Below are positions 1 to 33,213 of a stretch of 64,000 bases of DNA, one piece after another. The notes beneath the pieces were generated by a model that saw only the letters and a program-made list of their open reading frames with translations, was not told where the DNA came from and did no database searches. The stretch's first letter is position 1. Each line of letters begins with the position of its first letter. The stretch comes from Schmidtea nova (Eukaryota): contig CM097883.1 in assembly GCA_044892505.1 (NCBI GenBank), positions 101,060,001-101,124,000 on the forward strand. The letters run 5' to 3'. A program made the position numbers and the translations under genes.

Positions 1-126
1 ATTTACGACTATCAGGTTAACCATTCCTAAATTTTCATACCGTTCAGAAAACAATTAAAGCAAAAATGGACCAGGTACTGGAACAGCTGACCTGAATCCA
101 CCGAAATATGCGCCCGCGTATTCGAG

Positions 127-609
127 ATGGATGAGGAGAAGAAATTGTTGTACGCCGAGCTCCAAGGAACAACGGAGCGAATGGAGAAATTCCGTTCTCT
201 GTACCGAAAGGTGGAGTCCTTTTGGACGAATGTGGAGGGCACTGAGAAGATGCGGAAACAAATCCGGCTATTACAGGGTCAAGCGGCCAAGGACGCGCTC
301 CAACTGTGGGCCCTAAAAATGCAATTAAGGTAACGGGACGCCGAAGTCGCGCAATTGCAAATCGACGCCTGTATCGTGGCAGTGGTTTTGCCAAAGAGCG
401 AATGTCCGAGATTAGAATTGTTCCCCGCTCGGGCAAACGGTAATGTTCAGCCTCAAGAAGCAGCGGTCAAACCTCCAACCGATCGGCCGAAGAAATGGCG
501 TCCGAGTAAAGGAGTTCGGGCCTATAGAAAGTGGCGCCAAGAAGCTCGACTCCTCGGACAGCTACGGAAAATCTCCGTGGAAACAATCGATTTGTCAATT
601 GGAGAGTGA
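127..609 (+). pseudogene. Uncharacterised coiled-coil + basic-tail ORF with one in-frame stop (TAA 331-333); possible distant member of the ORF family at 41723-42403 and 57715-58272
   Basis: ORFs 127-333 and 355-609 are in the same frame, joined across one TAA. GC-richer than the flanks. The C-terminal KKWRPSKGVRAYRKWRQE...ETIDL resembles [16 protein letters not shown]...EIDL of the 41723 ORF. Confidence 0.4.
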
Positions 610-3034
610 TAATTTGGACTAATGATACATTCAATGTGTATATTTGTACACTTTTATTTTTCGATATGTACATAGATTGTGTTTTGTTGTCTGTTAACTA
701 TATGTATTTTACTCTAATAATTTATTGAAATGAATACGATAATGGATGACATGGTTTGCTTGAGAATATTAAATGACAAATCAACGAATCACGAAAATAA
801 TAGAATCCATAAAAACATTTATACCCATTACGTTCAATCGAACCGCTCCAAAATAAGTGGTCGTCAACTTTTGAAACAAACTACGGTGATCTGAATTTGC
901 CTTCTTGTAGCAATCGTAGTAGATCCCCGCATTAGATCAATGGTAAATGTTAAAAAAGGAACAAAAATGGGCATTAAACTTTCTATCGGTAGCCCTTGGA
1001 CCCAGGAGATATTTGGTCAATCATAGTTTCGAATTTTCGACGCTCACTGATTGCGAATATCCACCCTTTTGTTGCATTACCAAAGTTACATTGTGACGGG
1101 CAACAAGATGGTTAATCTAATGCTTTGTATGTTGAGTTGTTGATGAGAGCCATAGAAACGTCAAGGTCATATTGACGATCAACAACCCACCACTTCTATT
1201 AGTAATTTTTTGTCATGTTCAGAATATCTATAAAAGTTTAAGTTAAAAATTAAAATTTGTTTTACATTTTTCGATGTTTTCTTTCTACAGTTTCGGCCGT
1301 TTGAGACATTATAGCTTCATTTTCTGCATTTCTAAAAATATATTTTTTTAAATTTTTTAATATTATTGTAAATATACATTTCCCCTTGATCTTCTCCAAT
1401 AAATGGCATGGTTGATTCAGACAAAGCTTTTGAAATATCTTCATAAATCATGATTTTTTAAAATTTTAAAATACCTTAATTAAAGACTGTCACTTAAATT
1501 ATGTCCATGTGTTTGTACTTTTCATTATAGGTTTTGTGTGTGTTGTGTAAGTGTTTTTTGACCTAATTTATTTTACTTATTTTCTATAGTATAGGCCCGT
1601 AATTTATGACTGTGCTTTTTTTCTTTGTTCTAATCTGCAGTAGGTATGTATATTTTTTCTATATATAAAATAATTTATTATCATAGATACCTTAATTGTT
1701 GCCTGCCTGGCCCTTAATTTATGCCGTTTGGTGTATAGTCTATACTTGTATTATTTCGTCACTTACAAACAATTTTTAAAAATCTATAAAAAATAAATTG
1801 TTAATTTAAAAAATGAATACTTTCACTGGAAAATCCTACGGAGCTGGATTACAAAGTAAAATTATTATTTTTATTTTTATATTATTTTTTATTTTATTCC
1901 TTTTTAGTAGTTATTATTATGAATGATATCGCGAGAAATTTGATTGAAAATGGAGAGATTGAAAAGTGTGCGTTCATATGTTTTTAATTATAATTACAAC
2001 AATTAAACAAAATGCAATTAACAATATTTATTAAAATAACCAAAAACGCAGAAAGTAATTATTACTCACTATAACCTGACAGGGTTATATTTTGGCAGAA
2101 ATTGTTAATCTTCGTTATCTTAAATTTCTTATTAGTCTTTTCGTTTATAGTTTAGGTTCTTTTGATCTTATTACTGCAGTATTTAATTTTTTTTGTAGTT
2201 TCTTTTAATCTCTTTACTGTCGTTATTTCTTTGGTTACTTTTAGATGGTTGTTTCTCCGATTTTTTGTTCAGTGATTTAGGTATGATAGTTTTATATTTG
2301 GTTGAAATTTTTCTCTAGACAATTTCTTTTGTTTCTGTTTAGGTCCTAAAATATTTTGCGTTTTCTGCTAGATAATTTCCTTGGTTTTTAATATATCTAT
2401 CTTTTTATTGATCTTGAAATCTTCAATCGTTATTCTTTAATTTTTTCCATAGTAATTTTTAATTTTTTCCATAGTAATTTTTAATTTTTTCCATAGTTAT
2501 TTTTAATTTGTGTTTTAAATCCAATTTTTTTTTCTCTATAGTAATTACTATATTAATATGGTAATTACTATCAATTTCTTAATATTTTATAATTTAAATT
2601 TTAAGTTAATAAACCTTAATAACAATTTCAAGGTAATAAACAAATTGCATTCATCACAAACGGAGGGGTAATTCGAAATCAAAGACAAAAATGACACTAA
2701 TAAAAACAAAACTGAGTTGGAGTGCGTACACTACACTGCTTATTGAATTCCTTATTTATATATAACTGATTTTGAGAGATTCATTTAAATATATAAATTT
2801 TAGAATAAAACTTTCGTTATGGATGTTATAAACATGAAAGGCAAAGTTGCTAATAAACACCGATATACATATAAAATGAACTAGAATCTAATCGCGTATA
2901 TATTAACAACAGAATAAAATCACAATGCAATTCACTAAGCTTCCTTTACATTCTGATCAGCCTCGCCTTTTTCCGAATCGATATTTTCAATTGTTGACTA
3001 TAATAAAATAATCAGTTTAATTTTACATAAATAA

Positions 3035-6000
3035 CTAATTGCTATTTCTTACTGCGACAGTATTCTCATCGGCACCCGCAGCTGCACGCTGTCGATCAAG
3101 TTCTCGTTTTTCTCTCATTTTTCGTTCTTGTTCAATAGCATGAAAGAAATCCTCTTCGGCTTTCACAACAAGATTCTCTTCTTGTTCTGCTTCGGCTTCT
3201 TCTGATCCTCCAGCACTCGGTCCAACCTTTTCTCCGTCTCCTTCTTTTTTCATTTTCAATTTCAATTCACGATGTCGAGCTTCTAAAATCTTTTCCCGTC
3301 GAGTTTCCCTTTCAAATATATTTGAAACGAGATTTTTTTCATTCTTGCTCATTGACCAAAATCCCTCTGACAGTTCCAGGATTGTCGTTGTGCCCGAATG
3401 GCTGCCACACGCGATCAGGCGGCCTTGTTCTTGAACTCGTAGGCAATTAAGCGACTCGTCACAGACCTGAATACGCAACGTCGGTTCCTTTTGCTTGAAC
3501 ACAATATCCCACACATCGAGTGTTCCGTCCATTTTCGTGGTGAAGAACACTGCCGGACGTACCGGACTCCACATGCCATCAGTAAGTGCCGATAAATGGT
3601 ATTTAGTCCACATGATGCTGGAATCTCGGATATCTTCCGACCAGATTCGAGCTGTCCAATCACCGACAGTTAAGAAATTTTTAGGAAAGAATGGGTTTCG
3701 TTGTAATGCGTAAACCGGTCCCAGATGGCCCGGGTAGATTGCGGCAATTTTGTCAGCCGGTGTTTTGCCTTTGCGATTGCAGGACATAATCGATCCTTGC
3801 TCGGTACCCGCCATAAACTTCGTCGGGATCGTCGATTCATATTCCAATGCGTATGCTCCTTGAGCTTTCTCCAGATCTTGCTTCTTCGTCGGGTCCAATA
3901 TCATTATTTCGGTGGGTTCTGACATTTTTCTCACATCCCACCAGAACACTTGACCGTCTGTGCTCGCAGAAAAACATTCAGTTCCAGTTTTAGACTGAAT
4001 CCAAATGACTTTCCAAGCCGGATCTCGATGACTATTTTCGACTGGTGAAACTTCAGTTGGCTGAGAACCCTTTCTACGATCCCAAAGTGCTGAAATGTTT
4101 CCATTATTCCTTTTTTAAAGTGTTATTCAAATGTTTACCAAGCTGCCCATTGTAACACCCTCCGATTAGAGTATGAGAATCTTTTGGATTGTATTCAATA
4201 CAAACTAATGGTGAGACTGGCTTCAATACCAAATCGGGTTTATTCGGATTCATTACATCCCAGATATACGAATCCGTGCTCGTATTAGGCGGACTTGATT
4301 GAAATTCGGTGTTACAATATGCCACTGCCAACTTAGTCGGTCCATCGGGAAACCAACTAATATGGGTAGCGGTTCTTTTTACTTCATTCATGTCTCTTGA
4401 TTTTTGAAATTTATATAAAAGTTATCATTTTATCATCAATTACCTAAAGACATTTATTGTTTTAGCCGAAGGAGGCTCTTCAGATGCTTCAATATCAATT
4501 CCTTCAAAATAGTTATCGTAAATATCAAGAGCATTGTTCTGCTTGATGCAATGCTCCATTACCTGCAAATAGTTCACTCAGAATTTATAAATATGTCAAA
4601 CAATAAAACGATTTAGTAACACAGGAACTCAGGTGAAGGTGGCAAAAAATAAAATCAGAAAAATCAAAGCAGTAGTTCATCTACTTATAAGGATAAAAGA
4701 TATTGAAATGAGTTAGTTGATCTTATCTGTCGATATTCACATATAATTACAAGACGATGCAGTAAAACTAATAGCATATTCCATGGTCCTAAATAGAGTA
4801 AAAGTATATATTGTTTGATTAAGTCGAAGGTTCCAAAGCCTATTTAGCTCACGGCCTCTTTATCAAAAGAAAGTTTAGTCACCACACTATTCTTAACAGA
4901 TACAGTGACAAATCTGCGATTTTCTATGCATTATATGTGTTATAAAGAAAGCTGAAAAAATATTAAAAAACACCTCGAAAATTGAAATTGTTAATTGTTT
5001 AATTAAATCAATCACATTAACATTCGAAATACACATATTCAATTAATATAACAAATAATATGACGAGAATTACTACGAATAAGATTAAAAATAATCCATT
5101 ATCTTTATTCGTTGTCTCAAATTGCAACCATCCCTTATATCAGCCCATGGTCCACCAGGGAGCAGTATTACCCACTCGGGGAACTAATAGATTTTAACCG
5201 ATAAATATTCTTTGAGACTTTAAATATTTCCTACGCCTGGCTCATTTTACTGTCCATTGAGTTATTCATTGAGTAAAAAATATATTAATTCAGTTGTTTC
5301 CAAAAACGCCTTTAGGAATTTTCTTTGCGTTTTCAGTTTCAGTAACTCAAGACAAAAGTTTATATTTTCAATTCTAACTAAATCTTGCTTTTTTATCAAC
5401 TGTGATCTTGTTCAAAAGTTATACTTGAAAGATTTAATACTTTTGTCACTGAAGACAAGAAAAGAAAACTCTAAATCATAACCCTTTAAAGTCAAACATC
5501 GAACCGACTATTTGATTGGATATACTTAGTTATAAAATTAGTGAATTTTTAGTTTAAACTTTAAAATAAGAACATTAAAAAGTCAAACATTCAATCTTGT
5601 CCATTATTGCTTTTTTTGAGAGAATTAATTTTGACCTCAAAAAAGTTAAAAGAAATTTAAAATTTATTAACTAAATTTTATTATTCCAGGGAAAGAATTA
5701 TCAATCTATTATCACTTGAGAAGTCGCTGCAAGATTATTGTTACCATAAATGCATCGTTTATGCTATAATTTGGTTATTTTTCCGATTTATGATTAAGTT
5801 AAATAAAATCCATTATACCTTGATCACTGTTTAACAATGACAACTAACAATTTTACAAGCAAACATTTGTCAGCACAAATAATAATTGATAAATAACGAT
5901 CAATGTATGTTAGATGTTAATAGTTTATAATTGTCAGCTTTTCCAATTTCTGAAATAATCACCTACCCATTGTAATATCATTACATTTAAATCAAAGCAA

Positions 6001-6474
6001 AAAAACTATAGCATGTTTCATTGCGACATAAATTAAAACATAAAGTTTCTATGTAATGCTAAAAATAATGAAAAATTACAATTTTAAAAATAGATTACAA
6101 CAATAAAGAGAAACAAAATAAAAACTAACGACACTCAAATTTTGTATCGTATTTGTGTAAGCTTCATCTTTTTCAACTTTTTTCCTATATCTAATAACTT
6201 GATCGGCTTCTTGTGAATTGACATCTTTAGGCCAGCCTCCTTCAGTATGATTAATGCCTCTGGTTTCCGTTTCATACCGTTCAGTGTTAATTTCATGCTC
6301 AGACATTTCCTGAACGCATTGTATACCACGATCAACAGGATTTTTCTCAATGAAATTTTCAGCCAAACTCGGATCTGGTGCAATATCGACATGTAATTCA
6401 GCTGGTCGATCTTGAAAATTGCATTGCCGACCAAATTCTGATCGTTTTTTAGTGTACACATAAACAATTTCCAT
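3035..6474 (-). CDS. DNAI2: Dynein axonemal intermediate chain 2 (WD40, outer dynein arm); 4 exons, 591 aa
   Basis: Exons 6474-6130, 4562-4444, 4395-4139, 4089-3035, all with GT-AG introns (1567, 48, 49 bp); 1776 nt, in frame. Motifs [70 protein letters not shown]. Confidence 0.96.
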
Positions 6475-6550
6475 TTAACAAACTTTGAAAAATTAACTAT
6501 TAAGATAATTTAATATCAATTAAGTATTTCGAAATTTACCAGAAATGATT

Positions 6551-6564
6551 GTTGCCAAAGTAAT
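6551..6564. promoter_or_regulatory. Candidate RFX X-box upstream of DNAI2
   Basis: GTTGCC-AA-AGTAAT versus consensus GTNRCC-N0-3-RGYAAC (1 mismatch). Lies 77-90 bp upstream of the ATG of a motile-cilia gene. Confidence 0.55.
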
Positions 6565-6767
6565 ACTATTTTAAACAATTAACGTTGTTATAAATAAATT
6601 TAAATATCTCACTTTTCAAATTCATTTTAAATGAATGAAATTACGCAGAATTATGAAAACAATTGTAAGTGTAAATAAAATTTATCGGTATCAAAGTCTA
6701 TGTGATCGTTCCGATTTGATTTAATTATTATTTAAAGTTTAATTTATTTAATAAATTCATTAAAATA

Positions 6768-25235
<18,468 letters not shown>

Positions 25236-26030
25236 ATTAAAATTAGAAACTTCGGTATAAAGTTTAGTGGAATTTATTCTAAATAAAAAAACTCTACACT
25301 TATGTTTTGTCTATTAACAAAATAACAATTGAATATTGTAAAGGTTCAATTTTTACTTTTATTCTGTTAGTTGTTGCGGGTATTTAATGGCTCCCCTTGT
25401 TTATTTTGTTTTATAAATATTTAAAGTTATGATGTAAACTTGAAAACTCAGAAAATTGAAAATTCAATGCCTGAACAAATTGTATAACTATGAAATAATA
25501 AGAATAATTAAAAAAATAATAAAATCGACCAAATTGGATACAATTGGAAATTCGTACATTTTAAAGATAAACCCATCTTTGGTTATTCTCCACTTTCTTT
25601 CTCGTCGATTTATAGGAATTGAAAAAAAGAAAATAGGGAGTCAAGTAAACTTAATGAAAGATTAGAAAATTAAGCAAGAATTTGTGAGTACTGTTGTGCA
25701 CCCGACTGTCCCGACATTTTTACAGGTGACTCAGCTGGGCTCAACAAATTTCTTACTAACAGTTCTTAATAAATGTTATAAAATGTTTTTATTCTGAAAG
25801 ACTATAGATTAATGTGCGGTTGCTGTTTATCATACTGATATAGAATACATCAGATATTGTAAAAATCAACAAAATATATTTATGACGTGCGACGCGGATT
25901 GGCGTCATATTTACCCCATTGGTATTGTATTAAAAACGAAAAATTCTGTTAAATAAAACTGTATTCACTCTTGAATATTTTCAATCATTTGTTAAATAAT
26001 TTTAAAAATACACGAAATTAAGGCAATATA

Positions 26031-28593
26031 CAGTCAACCCTTATATAACGCGGTACTCTCAGAACGCGGTTTCCATATAACGCGGAGCTGAAATTGCGAC
26101 AGCCCTCCTATAGCGCGGTTTTCGTTCAACAGCATCCCATAAGTTCCTTCCGCGCAGCCTATGAATGACTTTAGTAACTAGATATTGTAAGATATTTTAA
26201 TATAAGTTTTATTTTCGACGCAAAAGCACTGCCGAGATACATAAACAATATGTTTATATAAACATGCCAACTTATCTCATAGCCGTTTACGATATCGGTT
26301 TCAGTCATCTAAGAACTCTTTCACAGTACATACGTTTTGTTGGTGACCAAGTCTTATTAAAAAAATTTCTGCACCGTCCGTTCGCTCAGTTTTTTGCTGC
26401 TTAATTTGTGATTTATAATTGGACAACATTACACAATACTGTAAGTAATATTCTTAATTTGTTCTAATATAATAATTAATAAAGTTATTAATTTTACTAA
26501 AATAATTAATTACCTTAGAATTGCATCATGTCAAACCAAAAGAAACAAGGAAAGGATTAAAAAAAAATTTATATCGCTTGAAGATAAAATCCAAATTTTA
26601 AATCGTTTAGAAGGTGGGGAAAAAATATATTCTGTTGCAAAATCAACAAATTTGAATGAATATAAAATTCGAATCTTAAAGGAAAATGCAGATAATATAA
26701 GGAAAACTGTGGCAGATGGCTGTCCGTTAGGTGCGAAACGTGTTACTCTCACACGAAATTCTAATATGGTTAAAATGGAACGGGCGTTAATGATCTAGTT
26801 GGAAGACTGTATATCCAAAAAGATTCCTATCAGTGAAAATCTTATCAAGCAGAAAGCACTTAAAATCTACGAACATTTAAGGAATATTGAGCATTCTTAT
26901 GCAGGACTAGAAAATCATTCGTTTGTCGCAAGTAAAGGAGGGTTTGAAAAACTAAAAAAGGTACATATTGCACAATATTAAGTTTCAAGGAGAACAGGCC
27001 TCAGCAAATGCTGAGGCTGCTGAAAATTATAAGCTAGAACTGGCTAGAATGATCAATAAAGGAGGTTTTTCACCTGATCAGATTTTTAACTCTAATGAGA
27101 CGGCATTATATTGGAAAAAACTACCATCTAGGACCTTCATTCTGAAAAATCAAAGGCGAGCTCAGGGTTTAAACTTTCAAAAGAACGTATCATCCTTCAT
27201 GTGCGCAGCAATCTATCAGGGAGCCTGGTGATAAAACCAATGATAATAAATCGTTCTTCAACTCCCCGTGTAATGAAACACATTAATAAGACCCAATTGC
27301 CTGTATTCTGGCTATCTAATAAGAAAGCTTAGATGACTCAAGATTTATTTAAGGATTGGTTTTATAATTGTTTTTTCCCGGCAGTGGAAACCTATACGAT
27401 GGAAACAAATTGGTATTGCAAAATTTTATTGGTTCTATATAACGCCGGTTGCCATAACATAGAACTGGATCATCCAAATGTGAAAATTGTAATTCTTTCC
27501 TCCGAACTGCACGTCATTAATACAACCTTTGGACCAAGGAGTCCTTCAAACTTTAAAAATGTACTACACACGACAACTTTTCCAAACCATTTTCGACAGA
27601 TTAGAAAACAGTGAAAATAAAACCGTTACTCAAGTGTGGATGGAATTTTCTATTTTAGATTGTATTAGAACCGTCTCATCGGCTTGCGAGGAAATAAAAC
27701 CATCAATGCTTAATTCGTGTTGGAAACCTTTTTACCTCAAATGGTTCAATCAATACAAGATGATTCTACAATTTCACTCCCAGTTACAGAAATAGTAAAC
27801 ATTGCTTCTCGTTTAAGCGATGAAGAGTTCGCAGTAAACCGTTAGGATGTAAGATAACTAGTACTCGGGGAAGAAACTTTATATGAGGCCAAACTGATGG
27901 AATTAATTGATGCATCCACCTCAAATGCATTGGTAAACGAAAATAAGGAAAACGAATGGGTGCCAAATCTCGATTTACAAGTTGTGAAAAAAGGGCTAAA
28001 TTTGGCTAAAGAATTAGAACTTCATTTCATTCAAACTGATCGTTCAACGGTGCGCAGCGCATAGTTTAAAAGAGAGTTAAGAAATTGCTTAGCTCCCTAT
28101 AGAGAGGTTTTAGTGGAGTTAGAAAAAAAGCTACAATCGAAAACCAATGTGAAGATGAACTAAGTGATGAAGACATTTTGCCTATTAAAAGAAGACGAGT
28201 TAGGCGACTCACATCTGACAGCGAGGATGAGTTTTGAAAGATTACATTATTTTACAAAAGTCTTTATTGTTTTTGTTGAAAAACAGTCTTTTAGTTTAGT
28301 TCTTGTTTCTTTTTTTTATCAATCCTTATATGAACTTTTCATTCAATTAAATAAATATAATTTATAATTTATCTTGTCTTTTGTATTTATTGGTCTCCAT
28401 ATAACGTGGTACGAATGATGTGATTTGTACTCATTCCGAGTTTCTTATAGCGCGGTTTCCATACAATGCGGTAGACGGTTTCCATAGAACACGCTACGAA
28501 TTAGCCTGGTTTGTACGGTTAAATCCAAGTTTTTTATAACGCGGTTTCCATATAATGCGGTACGCACTCACCGCGTTATAGGAGGGTTGACTG
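26031..28593 (+). mobile_element. Tigger/pogo DNA transposon, full length, decayed transposase
   Basis: TA|CAGTCAACCCT.ATAACGCGGT TIRs|TA. Transposase fragments ~26530-28230: ISLEDKIQIL (HTH), LIKQKAL, DQIFNSNETALYWKKLP, WMTQDLFKDWF, MDQGVLQTLK. Multiple stops and frameshifts. Confidence 0.92.
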
Positions 28594-29263
28594 TATTTAC
28601 AAGAGCATATAATCATCAACGTATTAATATTAAATAAAATTATAAAAAATAATTACTGGGCAAAACTTGATTCACTAATTTCAATTAATACCACCACAAT
28701 ACCCTAAGTCAGCGATGCCAAAACTTATTTTTACTAGGACCAACAAATGAAATTTACAGGATTTGAGGGGCCAAATTTTTTTCCTATCATATTAAAAAGT
28801 ATAAATCCAAATAAAACAAAAGATGAAAATTTAGAGGATTTTATTAATGTTTAGATTTAATTCATTTTTATAAAAATCAAAAATATACTGTGATTATAGT
28901 GGTGCGCTTGAATTCTAGTTAGCAGTTCTGTAATGTTAGGTTCAATTCTTGAAGTTGCAATTCTTAGAAGGTCCTGCCTAAGTTCATCAATTGAAATCCA
29001 TTCCTGAGAACATTAATATTGTGACTTTATTTGGTCGGGGTTTGAAAAAGTATATTTTAACACCGACGGACCTTAGGTTCATGGACTATTATAAAATGTT
29101 CAATGACATAAAATGAAAATAACTATACTATACAAAGAATTAGTATGCTAAAGATTTATCTGTGGCAAATAACTTTCGAATACAAAAATGAATCCAATGA
29201 AGTTAAAAATATATTTCAAGAAAAATCACAATGGCATGTAAAATAAAATTGCTGATTATTTAA

Positions 29264-30959
29264 CGGCTGTCCTATGTTATGGGTATGGCATACACATTGA
29301 AAACTTATATCTTGTGTGTACAATTGTCCTGAACTGGAATTCTCACGAATCTTCGTGACTTTTATTGTTTCTCTGTGTACTATTTAAGACAGAAAAAACT
29401 CTGGAAAATAATGAAGAGTAACACTTATGCATCCAAATCGGTGTCTATCTATGTTATGGGTATGACATACCCACCTATTTAGAATGGTCTTTAATTAGCA
29501 AAATGAAAACGATAAATGCACAAAAACTAATTTTATTCGTAATTTCTCATACTCAATTGTCCTTGACATTATCAAACAGTCACCCGCACACACATATACC
29601 GACACCCATGCACACACACACAGAGGAAGAGAGTTTATCAGTCACGAGCACAGGTTTTGCAGATATCTGCTCGGTGATCCATGCATCGAGGCTTTTTGCA
29701 GGGAGGACATCCCAATGAAGTCTTTCTATCTTTTTCTGCCGGACAGAAGGCGCATCGCTTGTTTTTTTGCAATTTGAGGGGCTCCAATTCTTCCTTCACA
29801 ATTGAATTCACTTCATAGCCCAAGAGCTCCATGGCGTCTTTTATCTTAAAATTTAGTCTTTCTGACTGAATACGACGCTTGATTTGATTATCCACGAGCT
29901 GGTAAGCTGCCTTTTTCAAGAAATCATAATGAGACTCATGCTGTCTGACGACACTGTGGCCTCGTTGAGTGAAGATAATGCAGCCATTATTGGTTGAAAT
30001 GTCGATGAGGTTGGAAAATATGGCATACGGCCAACGTCGACATTTCGTTTGCATGAAAACCCCTTGACTCTTTTGTCGAAAGTGTCAACACCTGACTTGG
30101 TGCGATTGTACAGTAAAACCATGGCTGGCTTTTGATTGACAGAAGGAATGGTCACAACACGATGCAAAGTATCAATCAGTAAAACCGGCTTCGTTCCCTT
30201 ATCCCAAAAAGATACTAGCACTGATCCGTTACCATCGTAATAAACATTGGTATCCTTTTGGGTTCTTCCCTTCGTTGACCGCGCATAGGGTGGCACTCCG
30301 CGATTGTTATGGCGTATTGTTCCAATATACGATATTCCTTGTTGATTCTATTCATGAGCCAGTTCCAATGATGAAAACCAATTGTCACCTATGTAAAAGA
30401 AAAGTGGAATATAATCATGTAGAAATTGAAATCTGATTGAAATTTAGATCTGATTGAAATAACAAAGCCCTGAAAAATGCGTAGTGCCTGGCAACAACTT
30501 CACCTATGTGGGTAACATTTGTCTTTTATACAAGAACTGAAAATGTTTTTAGACCACTCAATACTAAAAATGTAACTTCTCGTACCTTATTGCCAATTTT
30601 TTAGTGATGTTTCCTTGTCGAAATAAATGCACGCGTTGATAAAACAAGAAATTGACTTTTGACCAACGTTATTTAGAGTTAAAAAGTGTATTTCAAGGAC
30701 TGTTGTTAACAAACACTTACTTAAAATGTATCGAAACACTTCAAAACCGCAGCAATAATTGTTTTTTATTAAAACAACTTTATGTTAAAAAATGGAATCT
30801 ACACTAAATTATTCATCGTAGAAGTATTTTTACCTTACTAAATCACTTCTGTGATAAATAAAGTACGTATCAAACAAATTAAATAGAATTATTACATATG
30901 TGGGTATGCCATACCCATAACATAGACAACGCCTGATTTATTTTCACATAGGACAACCG
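29264..30959 (-). mobile_element. piggyBac transposon, internally deleted, decayed transposase
   Basis: TTAA|CGGCTGTCCTATG...CATAGGACAACCG|TTAA. Fragments at 30390-29638: NWFSSLEL, YIGTIR, YNRTKSGVDTFD, RRWPYAIF, and the C-terminal Cys-rich domain RCAFC...CPPCKKPRCMDH...C. Confidence 0.92.
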
Positions 30960-32240
30960 TTAAAACACTATTGCTATATCGAAAGATACATAGTGCAATT
31001 TTTATAAATAAACTCAGTATCAATGAAAAGTTACAAGGAGCAAGTGGTTTTACTGTGTAAATTTTTTATAAGAAAGTAAAGGTCAAAGTTGGTGAGAATC
31101 AAAGAATACCAGAAAATAAAATTATATTGGGTAAAATTCTAGGACGAGATATAGTACAAAAAATTGAAAGATATTCCACTTTTAAACAGTACGATGTTTC
31201 AAATAATTTATGATATTGTTTTTGTGTAGGTAATCTCATTCTAAGTTACTATAACTACTGTAACCTTGACAGATTCACGACTCGTGATTGTCCTCGCTCT
31301 TGTACCTATAATTACTCATTGTTAACTATGCAGATAATACCTGGTATGAGAACCAATGAGCAGATGAGCTTTATTACCAAAACTACTCACTACATTCTCC
31401 ATTCAAATTAATGACTGCCGATAGAAGGTTATACACAAACGATTATTTTATCTTTTTAACATCCACTTAATTATCACTTTAAACTTCAAATTAATATTAC
31501 ACAATACAATTATTATATAATTATTTACAGATTATTCAGAATACTTCTCAAAAACATTGCTTGTTGCACTCTTCTTTATAGGTGACCTTAGCTGATAATA
31601 ACAAAGTTTAATTAGGGATTTCAGCATCGTATGTATACTAAATTTTTGTTTACACCCATGAATTCTACTGTTTGGTTTTACGAGTGTCGTTCAGAATTTC
31701 TTTCACTTGAAACATGAATCAGTGTTATGATCAACAGGGAAAAGTTTGAAACTAACACAAAATAAACTTGTAAGAGAGGTTAAGTTAATAATTAATTAAT
31801 TATTTATCTGACTCCAAATTATGTATCGTTATATTATTATAATAGATTGCGTTCACTATCGAATGATAGAATCAAAAGAAAGTTCTGTCTTTAAATACTT
31901 TTATTGAATAACAATGTGTACAAATTTTAATACAGAATAACAAAGATCATAATCAACTGATCAATCCCTCAATGATCCGCAAGTTATACGATTCCTTATA
32001 ATGGCAGATCACCGTTGAATTAAATATATAATAGAGGGAAAGAAGTAAAAGATTTTGGGACTACCCAGGTATACGAAGACTGACTAATATCTTGTATACG
32101 ATTTACAAATTATTTATCTTGTTTTTACTAAACAGCAGAACCAGTTACGATGAACTCAAAATTCTAAATTGTACTCCCTATATATACTAATCAAGTCGGG
32201 TTACAATCAATATTCTCCCAACACTTTCTAAAGTATTTCA

Positions 32241-32358
32241 GCTAGTCAGATGATAAAATTTCTCTGCTTGTCAAATGATAAAATTACTCTGCTAGTTAGA
32301 TGATAAAATTACTCTGCTACTCAGATGATAACATTTCTCTGCTAGTCAGATGATAAAT
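32241..32358. repeat. 25-bp minisatellite, ~5 units
   Basis: GCTAGTCAGATGATAAAATT(T/A)CTCT repeated. Confidence 0.85.
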
Positions 32359-32809
32359 TCCTCAGATATAATTTTCTCTTCACTATCGATTTTTCTGCAC
32401 TGGATTGAACTTTCTCTGAAAATATTTGATTTCCGGATAATTTATCCAAATCTTATTTTGTTTTCTAATGTTAATATTGGTTTCTGTAAACCTAAATTTT
32501 TATGGTCCTTTTAACTAAAAATTCATGCGTTTAAATAGTAAAATAATAGTTCTCAAATTACTAAAAATATACTATAATTAATTAAAAATTACTATTTATA
32601 AAANNNNNNNNNNNNNNNNNNNNNNNNNNNNNNNNNNNNNNNNNNNNNNNNNNNNNNNNNNNNNNNNNNNNNNNNNNNNNNNNNNNNNNNNNNNNNNNNN
32701 NNNNNNNNNNNNNNNNNNNNNNNNNNNNNNNNNNNNNNNNNNNNNNNNNNNNNNNNNNNNNNNNNNNNNNNNNNNNNNNNNNNNNNNNNNNNNNNNNNNN
32801 NNNNNNNNN

Positions 32810-33213
32810 GTGCCAGGGCTGCAGTCGCACAGGGCGCACATTTGAAAGGGGCGCAAAATTGGGATGTAAAATTTTTTTAGTGTTACCAAAAAATATGAAT
32901 AATTAAAAAAATTATCAAATGTCATGCATGAAAAGCGACTCTAGCTAGCCTTTCTTAGCTTTACCATTACTGGTTGGACTGGTCTATTAGCGTGCATTAG
33001 GTGTGTATTTTGTAAAATCGCCACCCTGACAACATAATTTAAAGAACATTACTACCCAGTATAATAGCTGGAGATGAATAAATATTAAATAGTTAACAAT
33101 CGTAACATGAACATTATATTATAGACTTTTTATAGTAGGCTTGTTTTGAGTTCGCGTGCTGGGGGGGCGCCAGATATATGAACCGCACAGGGCGCAATAA
33201 TGCTTTGTTACGG

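Noticed and set aside
31822-32205. Possible solo LTR (TGTATCG...GGTTACA)
   Set aside because: Flanks (ATTA vs ATCA) do not give a clean TSD and no second copy lies in the window.
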